DNA of 64,000 nt. Source: the human T2T-CHM13v2.0 reference genome, Homo sapiens. The notes beneath the pieces are model-generated. The model ran no database searches and was not told the DNA's origin. It saw nothing but the letters and a program-made list of their open reading frames with translations. The translations under genes and the position numbers were made by a program. The DNA is taken from the NCBI RefSeq assembly GCF_009914755.1, contig NC_060947.1, one strand, 5' to 3'. Every line of letters starts with the position of its first letter. The first letter of the stretch is position 1. Shown piece by piece: positions 1 through 15,454 of the stretch.

Positions 1-86
1 CCAATGTTTAGCTTATAAGTGAGAACTCACTTTTAAGTGAAATTATGCAGTATTTGGTTTTCTGTTCCTCCATTAATTGGCTTAGG
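1..86 (-). mobile_element. L1 (L1PB/L1MA-type) 3' region fragment
   Basis: ttataagtgagaac...gcagtatttggttttctgttcct is the reverse complement of the L1 3' motif aggaacagaaaaccaaatactgcat...ctcacttataag. Confidence 0.75.
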
Positions 87-709
87 GTTTGTTCTTTTTC
101 TTTTTTTTTTCTTCTTCTTTTTTTTTTTTTCAGCTGAGGATCTAGATCTAACCCAATGGGGTCGTCTTCTGTTCCAGATAGTTTCAGGAGTGATAATGAA
201 AACCTCTCTGCAGCCTCCAACTTAGAAATAAGACACGCAATCTGTGGAATACAGTATTGTCAGCAGTAGGATGGTTTCCATGGTAAGGACCAGACTGTTT
301 CAGTAGGTCACCCAGACTGTGCAGACTTGTCCCTGAGCTGCTAGAGACACAGATGAGCCAACCAGAAAAGCAATAAAAGTATGAAACAGAGATATTAAGG
401 ATGCAAGAGTGTTGTTTACCGCAAATATTGTCTCCAGGCTGTCTGCACAATAAGCCTGGTGCTACATTTTAAATGCAGCCAGTAGTGACAGGAGAAAATT
501 TTAAATGTCAAGCAAATTCAAAAGAAGACAAGAAAATGGTTTTAAACAAGGTCCTAAGGCATTCACTTGTAGAGCACCAGGGTGAAAATGAGCATTTCCT
601 GGAAATTCAGCTGGCAAAATATCTCTATGCAACAGTGTAAGCTCTCCCAGAGCATCTTATTTTTTTACCTCCTGACTTTTCCAGGCTCCCTCTCCATTCG
701 CTTCCAGCT

Positions 710-1270
<561 letters not shown>

Positions 1271-1401
1271 ACATACCCCGATTCCCCTTTCTGCCCTTGT
1301 GAACTCTCACTGCTAAAAGTAGGCTGCGTAATGTGACTTAAATTCCAAAGTGCAGAATGAAGCAAGCATGCCTCTTTAGGAAAATCATGAAGATCTACAG
1401 C

Positions 1402-1602
1402 AGATGTCAGCAAGCTTCCTGTAAAGAATCAGATAGTAAATAATTTTGGCTTTGTGAGCCACATGGACTCTGTTGCAAATTCTCAACTCTGCCATTATAG
1501 CATGAAAGTAGCCGTAGACAATAGGTAAACAAGGGTGTGGCTCTTTCAATACAATTGTATTTACCAAAGCAGGCTGGAAGCCATAGTTTGCCAACCTCTG
1601 GT
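1402..1602. mobile_element. MER58-type hAT-Charlie DNA transposon
   Basis: cagatagtaaataattttggctttgtgagcc...ctcaactctgccattatagcatgaaag...gccatagtttgccaacctctg. Confidence 0.8.
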
Positions 1603-1825
1603 CTATAGTTTATTGCTAAAAGTAGACTGTTGATTTCTGGTTTATTATAGTAAGTATATTCTTTAATGGCAGAGGATTAGAGAGAAAAGAACACTGAAAT
1701 TGGGAAAATTGCATTTGACTCCCGACAAGTCCACTTGCTGCTCATTTACTCTTGAGCAAATCACATAATGTCCTCAAGCTTTGTTCAAAAGTTTGCTGAG
1801 AGGCTTAAATGCAGGAGGAGTAGAG

Positions 1826-2232
1826 TAGTCAATTTCATGTGTCAACTGCACTGGACTACAGGGAGCCCAGATACTTGGTCAAACATGGTTCTGGGTGTAT
1901 GTGACGGTGTTTCTGGATGAGATTCCCATTTGAATCCATAGACTGAATAAACCATAATGCCCTCCCCAGTGTGGATGAGCTTCATTCAATTAGTTGAAGG
2001 TCTGAATAGAACAAAAGGGCTATCCTTCCCGTAAGTAAGAGAGAATTCTTTCTGCCCAACAGGTTTGAACTAAGGCATCGTCTTTTTCCTGCCTTCAAAT
2101 TCAAACTGAAACGTCAGATATCTTCCTGGGTCTTGAGCCTGCTGGCTTTCAGATGGGAGCTACATCATAAGTTCTCTTAAGTTCTCTTAAGTCCCCAGTT
2201 TGCTGGCTGCAAATCTTGGGACTTCTCAGGCT
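1826..2232 (+). mobile_element. MLT2 (ERVL) LTR
   Basis: aatttcatgtgtcaactg...gtgtttctggatgagatt...gccctccccagtgtgg...ctgaatagaacaaaagg. Confidence 0.8.
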
Positions 2233-2633
<401 letters not shown>

Positions 2634-3120
2634 TAAGTATCTGTGATGATCAGTACATGCACAGGACCTAAGATGGAAACAAAGAGGAAATCACATGCAT
2701 CTTCCAAACTCGAGGCCATAAGACTTAAATTGAATGTGATCTGGGCCATGAAATTATAGCCCCAAGATACAGTCCCTAAAGCCTAGGTTCATTTCTGGTG
2801 AGAAAAATCCTCATTCACCCCAGTAAAAAGGCAGCAGAGATGTATGCATCTTATTGATGAATAATTCTCTCTTAAAAGAATTTCGCACCAAAGATTTCCT
2901 TCATAGTCACCCTGGAATTGCTTAAATACGTAGCCTCCTCTAATTTGCCTGCCTGGCAGAAGCCCAACCTCAGCTTTCTGAGCATCCATATCCCAATGAA
3001 GAAGTCCCCATTGACTCCAGCCTCATGTCCCCACATCCTCTTCTTGCCCCACCACTCTATCTATTGACAGAATCTTGTGTAGACCTGCACCCTGATTGAT
3101 GAGACAAAGACGACAGAGGC

Positions 3121-3151
<31 letters not shown>

Positions 3152-3589
3152 CAACAATCACAGCACCAAAACCTAACACTCCAGTGGGGTTTAGATGACA
3201 TACATGCATGTTGCCTGGAGCTAGGTTTTGATAGCTTTGCTCCAACTTCTGGGCTCAGGCCTTTCTCCACCTGCTGCCCAAGTACTGGGACACTGTAATC
3301 CTTGTGCTTCCTCCAAAGTTGTCTAATCATTCAGCCAGCCTACTCCTCCAATTCCTGATAAAGAGCAATCATTGATGGGGACCACAAAGAGATTGTGGTG
3401 TCTACCTGCCACAGTCTACCTGCCACAGGTAGACTGCACCCTCAGTGCCATCCCCAGCCCTGCTGATGTCAGATGAGACCGCTATCGAACAACGCTTCCT
3501 CCTCCCCAATCTCTCCCTCTCCCCTTCCTTCCTCCCTCCCATCATTAAATTCGCTGTCTCTTTACCAAGTTTCCTAAGCTTTTTACACC

Positions 3590-3947
3590 CTTAGGAACTG
3601 TTCCTTGAGCAACACACTGCAACATGGGTGCACAAGAAAATCCACTGGGATATAGAAAAAAGTTGTTATATTTTCTACTTATGTTAGTTTACGTGGCCCT
3701 TTTTAAACTTCTATTTTTGCATACATTTTATCATGTATATTAGTATAATGTTTCATATAAAATACATTTAACTGTAGGTATGTATTTGCAGATATGTCAT
3801 TCACATATATGCATATACAATCATATAGATGTATGTATGTATAATTATATGTGTATATATTTATGTATACTCATACACATCTGGTAGAGGTGCTCCTGGT
3901 TTTTAACAGACAAGGGTGCATAATCAATAAAGCTTGGAGAACACTGC
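3590..3947. mobile_element. Old hAT-Charlie-like DNA transposon fragment with internal TA/TG low-complexity tract
   Basis: Terminus resembles the Charlie TIR (aagcttggagaacactg). Confidence 0.4.
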
Positions 3948-4074
3948 TTTAAAATGCATAGTCCAATTCTACCCCAAAGCCACCTGCCTGTTCACCATCT
4001 GACATCTGTGAGAAGCTCTGCACCAGCCTACACATCATCTTCCTCTTCCCTACTGGCTATTGAGGTCCAAGCTC

Positions 4075-4635
4075 CCTCAACTTCCAAGATAGTCCCAAAT
4101 CATCTCTACCTCCTGGCATTCACACCCTTGTGTAATCCCCTCCCCTTGAGTGTGGACTGGCCCAGTGACTTGCTTCAGACCAATAGCATCTTTCAAAAAT
4201 GATGGGATGACACTTCTGTGATTAGGTTATAAGACTGTGACTGTTTTGGTCACCAACTTTCAATGGCCTTCTTGGTTTGCACACTTCAATGTAGCAAACT
4301 GTCATGTTATAAAGGCCCATATGTCAAGGAACCAAAGGCACCCCCAAGCAACAGCCAGCTAGAAACTGGGGCCCTCAGTCAAACAGTCCTTGAAGAATTA
4401 TTTGCATGACAACAAAATAAGCTTGAAAGCAGATCCTTCCCCAGTCCAGCCTTTACATGAGATGTCAGTCCTGGCTGACACCCTGATTGCAGTCTTGAAA
4501 GAAACCCCAATGTGGAGAACCTAGCCAGGCTGTGCCCAGATTTCTGTCCCACAGATACTGTGAGATAATAAGTGTGTTATTTTTTAAGCTGCTACAGTTT
4601 GTGGTAATTTGTTATGCAGCAGAGGCTAATTAACA
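4075..4635 (+). mobile_element. MLT1 (MaLR) LTR
   Basis: cacccttgtgtaatcccctccccttgagtgtgg...ttttaagctgctacagtttgtggtaatttgttatgcagca. Confidence 0.85.
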
Positions 4636-6590
4636 GTGCTTTCTCACCAAGGCTACCTGAGGTTTATTATTCTTAACTTTTCATCTGTGCTTTGTGGTAA
4701 TTTAAGAGTTTTTTGCTTTTCTCCTAACTCCCATTTCTTTCTGACTTTCTTCCTTGCCTCAAAAATTCCCAGGCATGAAGTGCCATTTCTCTCACCGATC
4801 CTGGCTTCCAACAGTAACTACTGTACAAGCTACAAGCCCATCAGAGACACAAGGCAATATAGTCTGCTTCTTCCAGCCTTCCTGTCCCTGGCTGGTATGG
4901 AAAGTTGTTCCTTATCTGTGATAAACCATGGAGCCTACTGGGAATCAGGAAAATTTCTCCAGATCTAAGAAAGGAGCCCTGAATTCATAGGTGTTCTAGC
5001 CCATCTGAGCTTTTGATATATGGTAGAAGCAACAGCCAGGATCTGGACAAGAGACAGCTACTGTCACCGACCCAACCCACCATGCCTGCCTTGAGTTATA
5101 AAGTCATGCCTTAGGCATTCAGTGAGTAGGAGAAGAAACTTGAAGACTCTTTGCTCCTATCTAACTCTGACTCTCTTCCATCTCTTAAGCTGGTCACCAG
5201 CCCTACCCTTCCCTACTAGTTACTTTCAAGAGACTCCAAGCTTTCCTAACTCTATTATAAACTTTAGACCCCTAAATCTACACTGCCTAGTTCTGGATCA
5301 ATAAATGTTGAATGAGGACATAAATCCCTGGAGAAATTCATGCAGCTGTAATAATAACAGTGGAATGATTAAAGATTCATAACTAAGAAAAAAATTCATT
5401 TGCTACTCTCAAAAAGAGTTCCAGATACACACTAAAACCTTCTCTTGAATCAGTATAATCGAGTGTTACATTATATTGGAAGACTAGAAATATATATATA
5501 TGCTCTTCATAGTACTGATACGTCTCTTTGTCTCATTTACTAATAGGGTACACAATCAAAGTTTGGAAACCACTGTTTTCAATCACCCAGAGCAACTTTT
5601 GCCACCAAACTGCCTACTCCTTCTGAATCTTACATCCTGACATTTTAATAAATTGTTTGTGAATAAAATATTCTAAGAGCAGGAAAGAAGCTGAATATGC
5701 TAGAGTTGTGTGTTTTCTGCCTCTCTCCCTTCCTTGCACGGCCATCACTTAACTGCCTGATATGGCCCTTTATGGAAGTCTCCTGCAGTCTATTAGCAGG
5801 AAGGGCAGAGTTGCTGCCTCACTGTTATTTTTTTAAAACCACATGTTCCATTATTTTTCCAGTAGGTAATCACATAGGTTTCTCAGTGTAAGGAAACAAG
5901 TTGGATACAGTGGTGATCAATTTTTCATCAACATGCCCAAGAATATGTGTCCCATGAATGCAAATTTCTTAGCATGCTAAACTTCCAAAAATCAGAGCAC
6001 TCAAGTGAGTTTAAAGAAAAAGGAAACTAAACACTTAACATTTTTAAATGCAGAATTAAATATTTGGTCAGAACTCTTAAATTACCAAAATACATTGAAA
6101 AGTGTAGAAATAGCTTGAAGACTCAGAGGAATCAACACTCTGCAGGGCTAGCTGCAGTGAACATGCTTACTGCTTCTAAAGGTACCATCCTATTTCGTTC
6201 TCACAAGGACAATACATGTGGAGCCGGGACTCAAATCCAAGACTTCTGATTCTAAGACTAGCAAATCCTTCTGACAACGAAAACCATCTTTATCCCAACA
6301 GAGCTCACCTATTGAGTTTGCACCCGTTGAGTTTCCTTTGCATAGTCAGCACCATGAAGAGTGCAGAAGAATGGGTTCTGATAGGCAAACAGCAGACAGT
6401 GCGTGTTCCTTGCTGGTCTCAAGAGCCCTACTGAGCTTAGGACCCCTAAAGGAGACCAACAGAGTTATGCAGCAGAGAAGGGATATTGCCCATTTAAGGG
6501 GCGGAAAGATGTGGAGCTATTAAGATCCACAGGACATAGGTGAAGGTGCCTGTACAGGATTGGTCTATAGAACATATCTAGAAATATGTA

Positions 6591-7300
<710 letters not shown>

Positions 7301-7304
7301 CAGA

Positions 7305-7445
7305 ATGGCACAGTGATGCAGAAAAAGCAAAGGCTTTGGAAACAGGTAAATCTGGGTTCAAATTTTGACTCCCCACACTTAGCTCTGAGATCTTGGGCTA
7401 CGTACTTAATTTTTCTGAGCTTCAGTTTCTTCGTCTGTAGCGTCA
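7305..7445 (+). mobile_element. MIR SINE
   Basis: ggctttggaaacagg...ctgggttcaaat...ttgggc...ctgagcttcagtttcttcgtctgta. Confidence 0.75.
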
Positions 7446-7824
7446 TGTGAGTCTGTTCAGCAAATGAATAGAAACCATTTAAGACAGTGCTCCCCTCCCC
7501 AATATTCACACACCTTGTACTCCATAAACCATGTAACAATAAACCATGTAACAATAATAAATGCATAGATGGGCATGAGCTTCAGTATCACTTTCATTCC
7601 CCAGCCCAGCAAGGGGAACATACCCGCATGATTGCAAGGCCAGAGAAAAGCACAGTGATTCACGGATGGGAAGAGAATAGTTGAGGTCCCCAGAGACCAC
7701 AGGCAGTAGTTCAACATGGAGTCAGGGTAGACATTTGAGCTGTGTAGCCAGAGAGTGGTGAATCCACCTCTATCCAGCTCTGGATTCCAAGAAACAAAAC
7801 CAAGCAGTCAATACTTGGTGAACA

Positions 7825-8195
7825 AGTGGTAAAAAGGAACCAAGTACTGATACATGCTACATGGGTGAAGCTTGAAAACATTAGGCTCAGTGAACAAAGC
7901 CCCCCACAAAAGTCCTCATATTGTATGATTCTATCTATTTGAAGTGTCCAGAAGAGGCAAGCCCATTGAGACAGGAAGTAGATTTGTGGTGGTCAGGGGC
8001 TGGAGCAGGGGAAATGGGGTATAACTGTAAACTGGTGAGAGGGATCCCAATGGGGTGATGGGAATGTTTTAAATGGAGTTAGAGTGATGGCTTTACAACT
8101 GAGTACATTTACTAAAAGTCATTGAATTATACACTTAAAATGGGTAAATGTTATGATATGCAAATTATACCTGCAAAAAAGTTGTTAAAAGGTAT
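7825..8195 (+). mobile_element. L1MB/ME-type 3' end
   Basis: aaaaggaaccaagtactgatacatgctac...cattgaattatacacttaaaatgggtaaat...aattatacct. Confidence 0.85.
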
Positions 8196-8202
8196 AAACA
8201 CA

Positions 8203-8466
8203 GGCTGGGTGTGGTGGCTCATGCCTAATCCCAGCACTTTGGGAGGCAAAGGCAGGCAAATCACTTGAGGTCAGGGGTTCAAGACTAGTCTGGCCAACAT
8301 GGTGAAACCCTGTCTCTACTAAAAATACAAAAATTAGCTGGGCATGATGGTGGGCGCCTGTAATCCCAGCTACTCAGGAGGCTGAGGCAGGAGAATCGCT
8401 TGAACCGCTGCACACCAGTCTGGGCAACAAAGCAAGACTCCATCTCAAAAAAGAAAAAAAAAAAAA
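8203..8466 (+). mobile_element. Alu (AluS-like) with ~35 bp deletion in the right arm
   Basis: gcttgaacc is joined directly to gctgcacaccag; TSD aaaaggtataaacaca/aaaagatacaaacaca. Confidence 0.93.
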
Positions 8467-8637
8467 GATACAAACACAGAAAAAATGTAGTGTGAACCAT
8501 CTCACCACTTTTAAGACATTTTACGAATTACCTCATAAGTATCCCTGCTCACTGAACTCCAGAATGTTTCAAAGAGAATGATAATATAATAAAACAAAAT
8601 TTGGGATTTCTAAAAAATATATAAATAAATAAACTTA

Positions 8638-9004
8638 TTGGTATGGTCTGAATGCATCTCCACTCCAAAAAATTTATATGTTGAAATCCTAACTTCTAAG
8701 GGATGGTATTAGGAGGTAAGGCCTTTGGGAGGTGACATGGTCATAAGGGTGAGGCCTTCATGAGTGGGATTAGTGTCCTTATAAAAGACGCCCCAGAGAG
8801 CTCCCTCACTCCTTCCTCCATGTGAAGACACAGTGAGAAGGTGCCATCTACGAACCAGAAAGCAGGTTCTCACTAGACACCAAGTCTACTGGTGCCTTGA
8901 TCTTGGACTTCCAGCTGCCAGAACTGTGAGCAATAAATTTCTGTGGTTTCTAAATCACCCAGTCTATGGCATTTTGTTATAGCAGCCTGAATGGACTAAG
9001 ATAC
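8638..9004 (+). mobile_element. MLT1A-type MaLR solo LTR
   Basis: tggtctgaatg...atatgttgaaatcctaac...gccttgatcttggacttccag...ttgttatagcagcctgaatggactaagata. Confidence 0.9.
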
Positions 9005-9229
9005 TTACTTTACCTTGGATGTACAATCTTCACACCAACTTCCACCCCTCGTATTCCAGTACAAGTGTTGCCGGCAAGGTCACTTTGGATCCTGTAGCTC
9101 TTTTCCTCTTAAAAATTCCACTCTCCACTCATGTCATGAAATCGCTATTTCATAGTTCTCCTACTTCCTCTGCCACACAGTCTCCTTACATGCTCTCCTG
9201 GTGATTCTGAGCATCCCATCTTTAGCCTG

Positions 9230-9305
9230 TTTTTCTCCTCACTCTGGGTACTTTCCATGGGGGATCCCATCCATTGTATACATTGTATATGCTGATAGCT
9301 CTCAA

Positions 9306-9351
<46 letters not shown>

Positions 9352-10243
9352 CACATCCCAGATCTCTCAATGGTGCTAGAAGGTCTATAAACACAACTGC
9401 ACCAAGGGGGCATGCTCACGTCAAACTCGATATATCCAAAAATGCGATCAAAAGACAGGTGGGTGTTAAAAGGCATCACCGTCTACACTGGATCTTGTGC
9501 TAAGTTCCCACTCCTCTCTCACCCCTCATCAGAGTACCTAGTAATCTCTCTAATCCATCTATTCATCTCCAGCCGCACTGTTCCTGGTACCAACTAAATC
9601 TTGTTTGGAATACAGGACTGGGCTTCCACCTAGTGTCTCTACACATGGATTCTTGGGTATCTAGAATCTATTCTATCCAAAACATTAATATGATTGTGTG
9701 GTCTATCCAAAACATTAATCTGATTGTGCAATTCCCCAGCTGAAAATATGTCATGACCTACCATCACGTGCAGGTTCCTTTAGCAACTTTCCTTCTGCTT
9801 TTCCCAGCACATCCTCTTACTACCTACCCACAGGCACCCTATTCTAGCCTTTTGAAACTACTTGCAAGGGTGCCTTATTTGTCTAAGGCACCATGCTCTT
9901 GGTACATTTATGTGAGTTACCTCCCGTGCCTTGACAACCTGTGTTTTCTTTCTCCCATCTAGCTAGTCCCTCACAGTTCATCAGGACCCCACGTAGCCTC
10001 ACCTCCCCCATGGTCTTCTCTGACACCCGCAGGCTGGATTAGCCTTCTGCTGCCTCTGCATCTTTCAGCACTTTATACATTCCTCTTCCGTCTGTTTTTA
10101 TTACCCATTCATTCTCTGACTCATTCACCAGACTGTGGAAACCTTGGGGCCAGGATTGAGTCTTTATTCTTTGTATGCTCAATGGTTAAGGCAGTGCTTT
10201 CCCACAGCAGGCATTCAATAAATACTATTGAAGAAATGAATGA
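9230..10243 (+). mobile_element. L2 fragment(s) including 3' terminus
   Basis: Ends cagcaggcattcaataaatactattgaagaaatgaatga, typical of the L2 3' end. Confidence 0.65.
9311..9348. repeat. (CA)n microsatellite
   Basis: Uninterrupted CA run seen directly. Confidence 0.97.
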
Positions 10244-11104
10244 GAGTTGTGCCCAGACACATCAAAACCTAGTAAAAGTGTTATTTCTATGTCTTTCTCT
10301 CCCAGGTGTTGCCTTTCATATAATTATAGATTGATATATCATTCTGAGTTATGGCCCCACCAAAACACATGGACTGCATCTTTTTGATCTTCCATCATAT
10401 GTCAGCCCTTGAATTTATTTCATCATTTCTTTCTCTTTCTGTTGAACTCTCTTCAAATTGTGTCTTTCAGCTACTAAAAGCTCTAAAATATTTATCATGA
10501 TATTTCTGTGCTCCTTTTAATCTCACTGATTTCTTTCCACAAGAAATGGTAGCCTTGAAGCCAATCACGAAATCATCCCGGAATATAACATTTTAGAGTT
10601 ATTTTTCACTGACATAATTGAAAGTAATAGAAACTCAGATTAAGTATATTTCTCAAAATTTAAGATCATAGACAGCTTTATTTACTCATTTATCTTGACA
10701 ACAATTCTTCTTAATAATTAGATATCATTTACATAGAATAAAATTTCATTACAGATGGCAATTCACAAGCAGTCCTGATGTTATATATATATATATAATA
10801 TACAAATAAAAGTAATTTGTTTTAACCTGGTACAGCAAATAACCAGTGGTTTCATCAGAAATCAGGTGCCAATGGCTGCCTTATGAAAGTAAGACTAATT
10901 TTAATCCCTATGTTTTTAAACATAGGCATAAACATATGGCTCTCTTAATACTAAATTTCTTAGAACAGCAACACATATTCTGATTTTTTTGTCATAATGG
11001 ATGCTAAAACTTGGATGACTTCTTTTTACCATTATTCATTATTTCTAAAGATTTAACAATCATCACATTTTTCCATGGGTGGGAGAAATTACAAGTCTAT
11101 AATA

Positions 11105-11500
11105 GCCTCAGGTAGTTTTGTATTTGGATGAGAAAAATACGGCAAGGAGAAAGTAATAACTTGAACAATGAGAGTTTGTTTTTCTCATATACCAAGAAGT
11201 CAGGAGGCAGGTAGCCAAGAGCTGGTGAAAATGATGCCTCTGGGGTCCTGTGCTCTCTCTGCATCTGTCCCTCAACCCATAGCACCTTGTTCCATGTCCA
11301 TCACAGCTGTGACCTTAGAGACTTGAAGGCTGATTCGCGTCCAGGCTTCCATGCATAAAGAAGGATGGGCAAAACATGAAAGGACATCAGTGGAGTCTCT
11401 CTTTATCAAGAGAGAAAAAGGTTTCCAGGACCCCACCTGGCAGACTCTCACTTACATGACCTGGGCAGGACCATCATATCATGGCTCTAGTTGGAGGAGA
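11105..11500 (-). mobile_element. Old MLT1 (J/K/L-like) LTR
   Basis: tttctcatataccaagaagtcaggaggcaggtagcca...cagactctcacttacatgacctggg. Confidence 0.5.
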
Positions 11501-12364
11501 CCAAAGGGATGCAAGCTGTGGATAGAGGTGGGGTCCACAAATTAAATGTTTCTTCCACAATGTGAATGTCTAATTATCAAAACTGTCAATGTAAAAAGAA
11601 TAAATTTGCTTTCTTTTTTCCTTCTAAACTTCAGAAGAATGTGTCATTCTAGACATTGAGAGAGAGAAAAGAATATAGGTCATATCTCCTAACCCCTTCC
11701 TACCCATAGCTTACTATATCTTTCAAGAAGCTACAAGAAAGAACCACCTTAGGCACTTGCAAAGACTTATCATCCATGCATTGGAGCCACTGCTGCTCAA
11801 GGTGTTGTCACAGATGGGTCCGCACTGGATAAGACCACTTTCCAACATGTGCTGTAGTCTTACACAAAGTTTGCAACTACAAAGATTCCAAAAGCAGCTG
11901 GAGTAGAACCCAGGACCCTCAGAAATTAAATTATTTCTTTGAGTCCAACAGGGACTAATTCCTATGAACTGGGCATTTCCTTCAGGGCCATGTGGGGAGT
12001 CCATAGATTGGAAGGCAAACACACTTATATCCTAACTGCAGGACCTTGGGCAAATTACTGACTCTCTCTGAGCCTAGTATCCTCAACTGTACGATGAGAT
12101 TAGCCAGGCCCATCTTATACCACTGTTTGGAAGACTTAAGAGATGGTATGTATATATAATCACCCAGGAATGGCCTAGCCTATTGTAGCTTCAAGTTTTC
12201 TCCTTTTTGCTTTCTCCTCTGTATCAGATCAGAAGTAAGATCTGTGTGGGAGTGGCCAACCTACCAAAAGACTAATATAAATGAATTTTCAGTTAGAGGG
12301 GTCTTCTAGATTCTTGCACATTGACACAGGGAGCACAAATTTGCACAGTTCCTATGAAAGCTAA

Positions 12365-12704
<340 letters not shown>

Positions 12705-12918
12705 TAATGAATGAAGGAGAGGAAACAAGATTCATATCCATATATCCTATTTGCATAGAGAAGTTCAGTAAGCATATATAAGATAAAGAGAAAAGTGATT
12801 ACCAGAGATTGGGGATATGACAGGGAGTGTGTGGAATCCATACTTTTCCCTATATGTATTTTGTGTTATTTTTATTTTGAAATACGTGAGAGTATTATCT
12901 ATTCAAAGTAGAAAATGC

Positions 12919-13471
<553 letters not shown>

Positions 13472-14137
13472 CTATGTGGCTAAAGCTCAGTTTTCAGAGG
13501 ACCAGAAAGGTAATCTAAATATGAAAAAACTTAATCTAAAAAATTATTTTATGATTGCTTTAAATAATTACTTCCTTTTGGTTCAGCCATGATACTCAGT
13601 ACAGTTACTTTTTTAAATCCCAGCCTGTTCGGGAGAGGGATTTTGTCCAAGTTTGTGCTCCTTTCTTCAAGTTTGTGCTCCTTGGTTCAGGGCAAGTTTA
13701 TGACTGTGAAAGTCAAAGTGAAATGCACCCAATGAAAAATAAATCTCAAGGGGAAAGTAGATAGCATAGCCCTACTTTTCTACCTGAGGATCAAAACTTC
13801 CCTACTAAAACCTAGGAACATTTTCTGGTTTGATTTATGCTGTTGTACTTGGTGGTTGTGGTGGTGGTGGTTTATCTTCTTCAGTGAACCATTGCCTTAT
13901 TTTGAAAAGCAAACATAAACCCAGTGAAGGAAAAAAATGGATCATGGAAAAAACATTAGCACTGTCATTAAGCCCCAAGAGAAAATGTCTTACTGGACCA
14001 GGTTTGTGAATAATTTCCTTGCCAACCATGACCTGGTTCTTCAGGCTCTCCCTTGCCAGAAGGAGAGTAAGCCATCATCCTGAAAATCAGTTTCTACTCC
14101 TTGACACCATCAATGGAACCAAATGTCAACATCTCTA

Positions 14138-15110
14138 TATTGGTTTCCTATCCCAGCATAACAAATTACCTCAAATATCATGGCTAAAAAATCCACATTT
14201 ATTATCTCACAGTTTATGTAGGTCAAAAGTCTAGCTCTGTTTTAGCTGCAGTTTTAGCTCAATGCCTCACAAAGTTGCAATCAGGATATTAACTGGGCTG
14301 TGTTTCTTTCTGAAGCTTGGGATTCTCCTCCAAGCTCATTTCATTTCCTTGTAGCTGTAGACTCCCATTGTCTTGCTAGTTGTTGACCAGGGGTTGTTCT
14401 CCATTCCTTGGTGCTTGGCCCACTCTATAGCCCTCCTCACACTTCCAATCTTTTTGACTTTGGAAAGGTTGAGTTCCTCTTAATAGCTCACCTGATTGGA
14501 TCACACCCTACCAGATAGTATCCCCACTGTGGTTTGAATATTTCTCCCCTTCAAAACTCACGTTGGAATTTAACCCCCAATGAGGCCATTCTGAGAGGAG
14601 GAGGCCTTAAGAGGTGATTGGGTCATGAAGGTTCTGCCCTCCTGAAAGGATTAATCCATTTATAAATCAATGGGTTAATGGATTAATGAGTTATCATGGG
14701 AGTGAGACTGGTAGCTTTATAGGAAGAGAAAAAGACACCTGAGCTAGCACACTCAACCCCCTCACCATGTGATGCCCTGTGCCAATTCAGGACTCTGCAG
14801 AGTCCTCACCAGCAAGAAGGCCCGCACCAGATGTGACTCCTCAACTTGAGCTTCTCAGCCTCTATAACTGTAAAAAACAAATTCATTTTCTTTGTAAATT
14901 ACCCAGTTTCATGTATTCTGCTATAAGCGACAGAAAAAAGACCAAGACACTCCCTTTTGATTAAATCAAAGTCGATTGACAAGTGACCTAATCACAGGAG
15001 TGATATCCCATCATATCCGAAGGCTCTGCCCATGCATAAGGGTTGGAGATTATATAGGGCGTATATACCAGGGAATGGGACTCTCTGGGACCGCCTCAGG
15101 ATTCTGCCCA
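14138..15110 (-). mobile_element. MLT1 LTR interrupted by an MST LTR
   Basis: cataacaaattacc...atttattatctcacagttt...; resumes after 14950 (cacaggagtgatatcccatcatat). Confidence 0.75.
14528..14950 (+). mobile_element. MST (MaLR) LTR
   Basis: tgtggtttgaat...aaaactcacgttggaatttaacccccaatg...aaattacccagtttca...ctataagcgacagaaa...accaagaca. Confidence 0.85.
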
Positions 15111-15454
15111 ACTAATTTCCATTTTCTTCTACCACCACAATATCCAAGTGGAAAACAGAGAAGTCTGGCTTCAAGCCCTTTAGTTTTCTTGGCAGAAACT
15201 CAGTCACAAGCGATGCATTGCAGATCACTTTTGGCAGTGCCATCTGGGTGCATCTGAATCAGCAGAAAGGGGAAGATGTTAGGGCCGTAGAGGCTTCGGT
15301 AGACTCTTGGCATTCCATGAAATGCTGAATGCTACAGGGGACTGTCAGTTGTTTCACTGATATAGAGTGAGACAAGGAAGAAAGGAAGGAGAGAAAGAGA
15401 AGGAGGGAAGGATGGAGGGAAGAAGGACTAACACATTTTTTTAATAACCATTTT

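Noticed and set aside
3091-3146. Orphan A26 run that could be a minus-strand polypyrimidine tract with an acceptor at 3092
   Set aside because: No matching donor, TSD or parent element found; too weak to call.
9672-9728. Short direct repeats as a CRISPR-like array
   Set aside because: Only two copies, no spacers, eukaryotic context and no cas genes.
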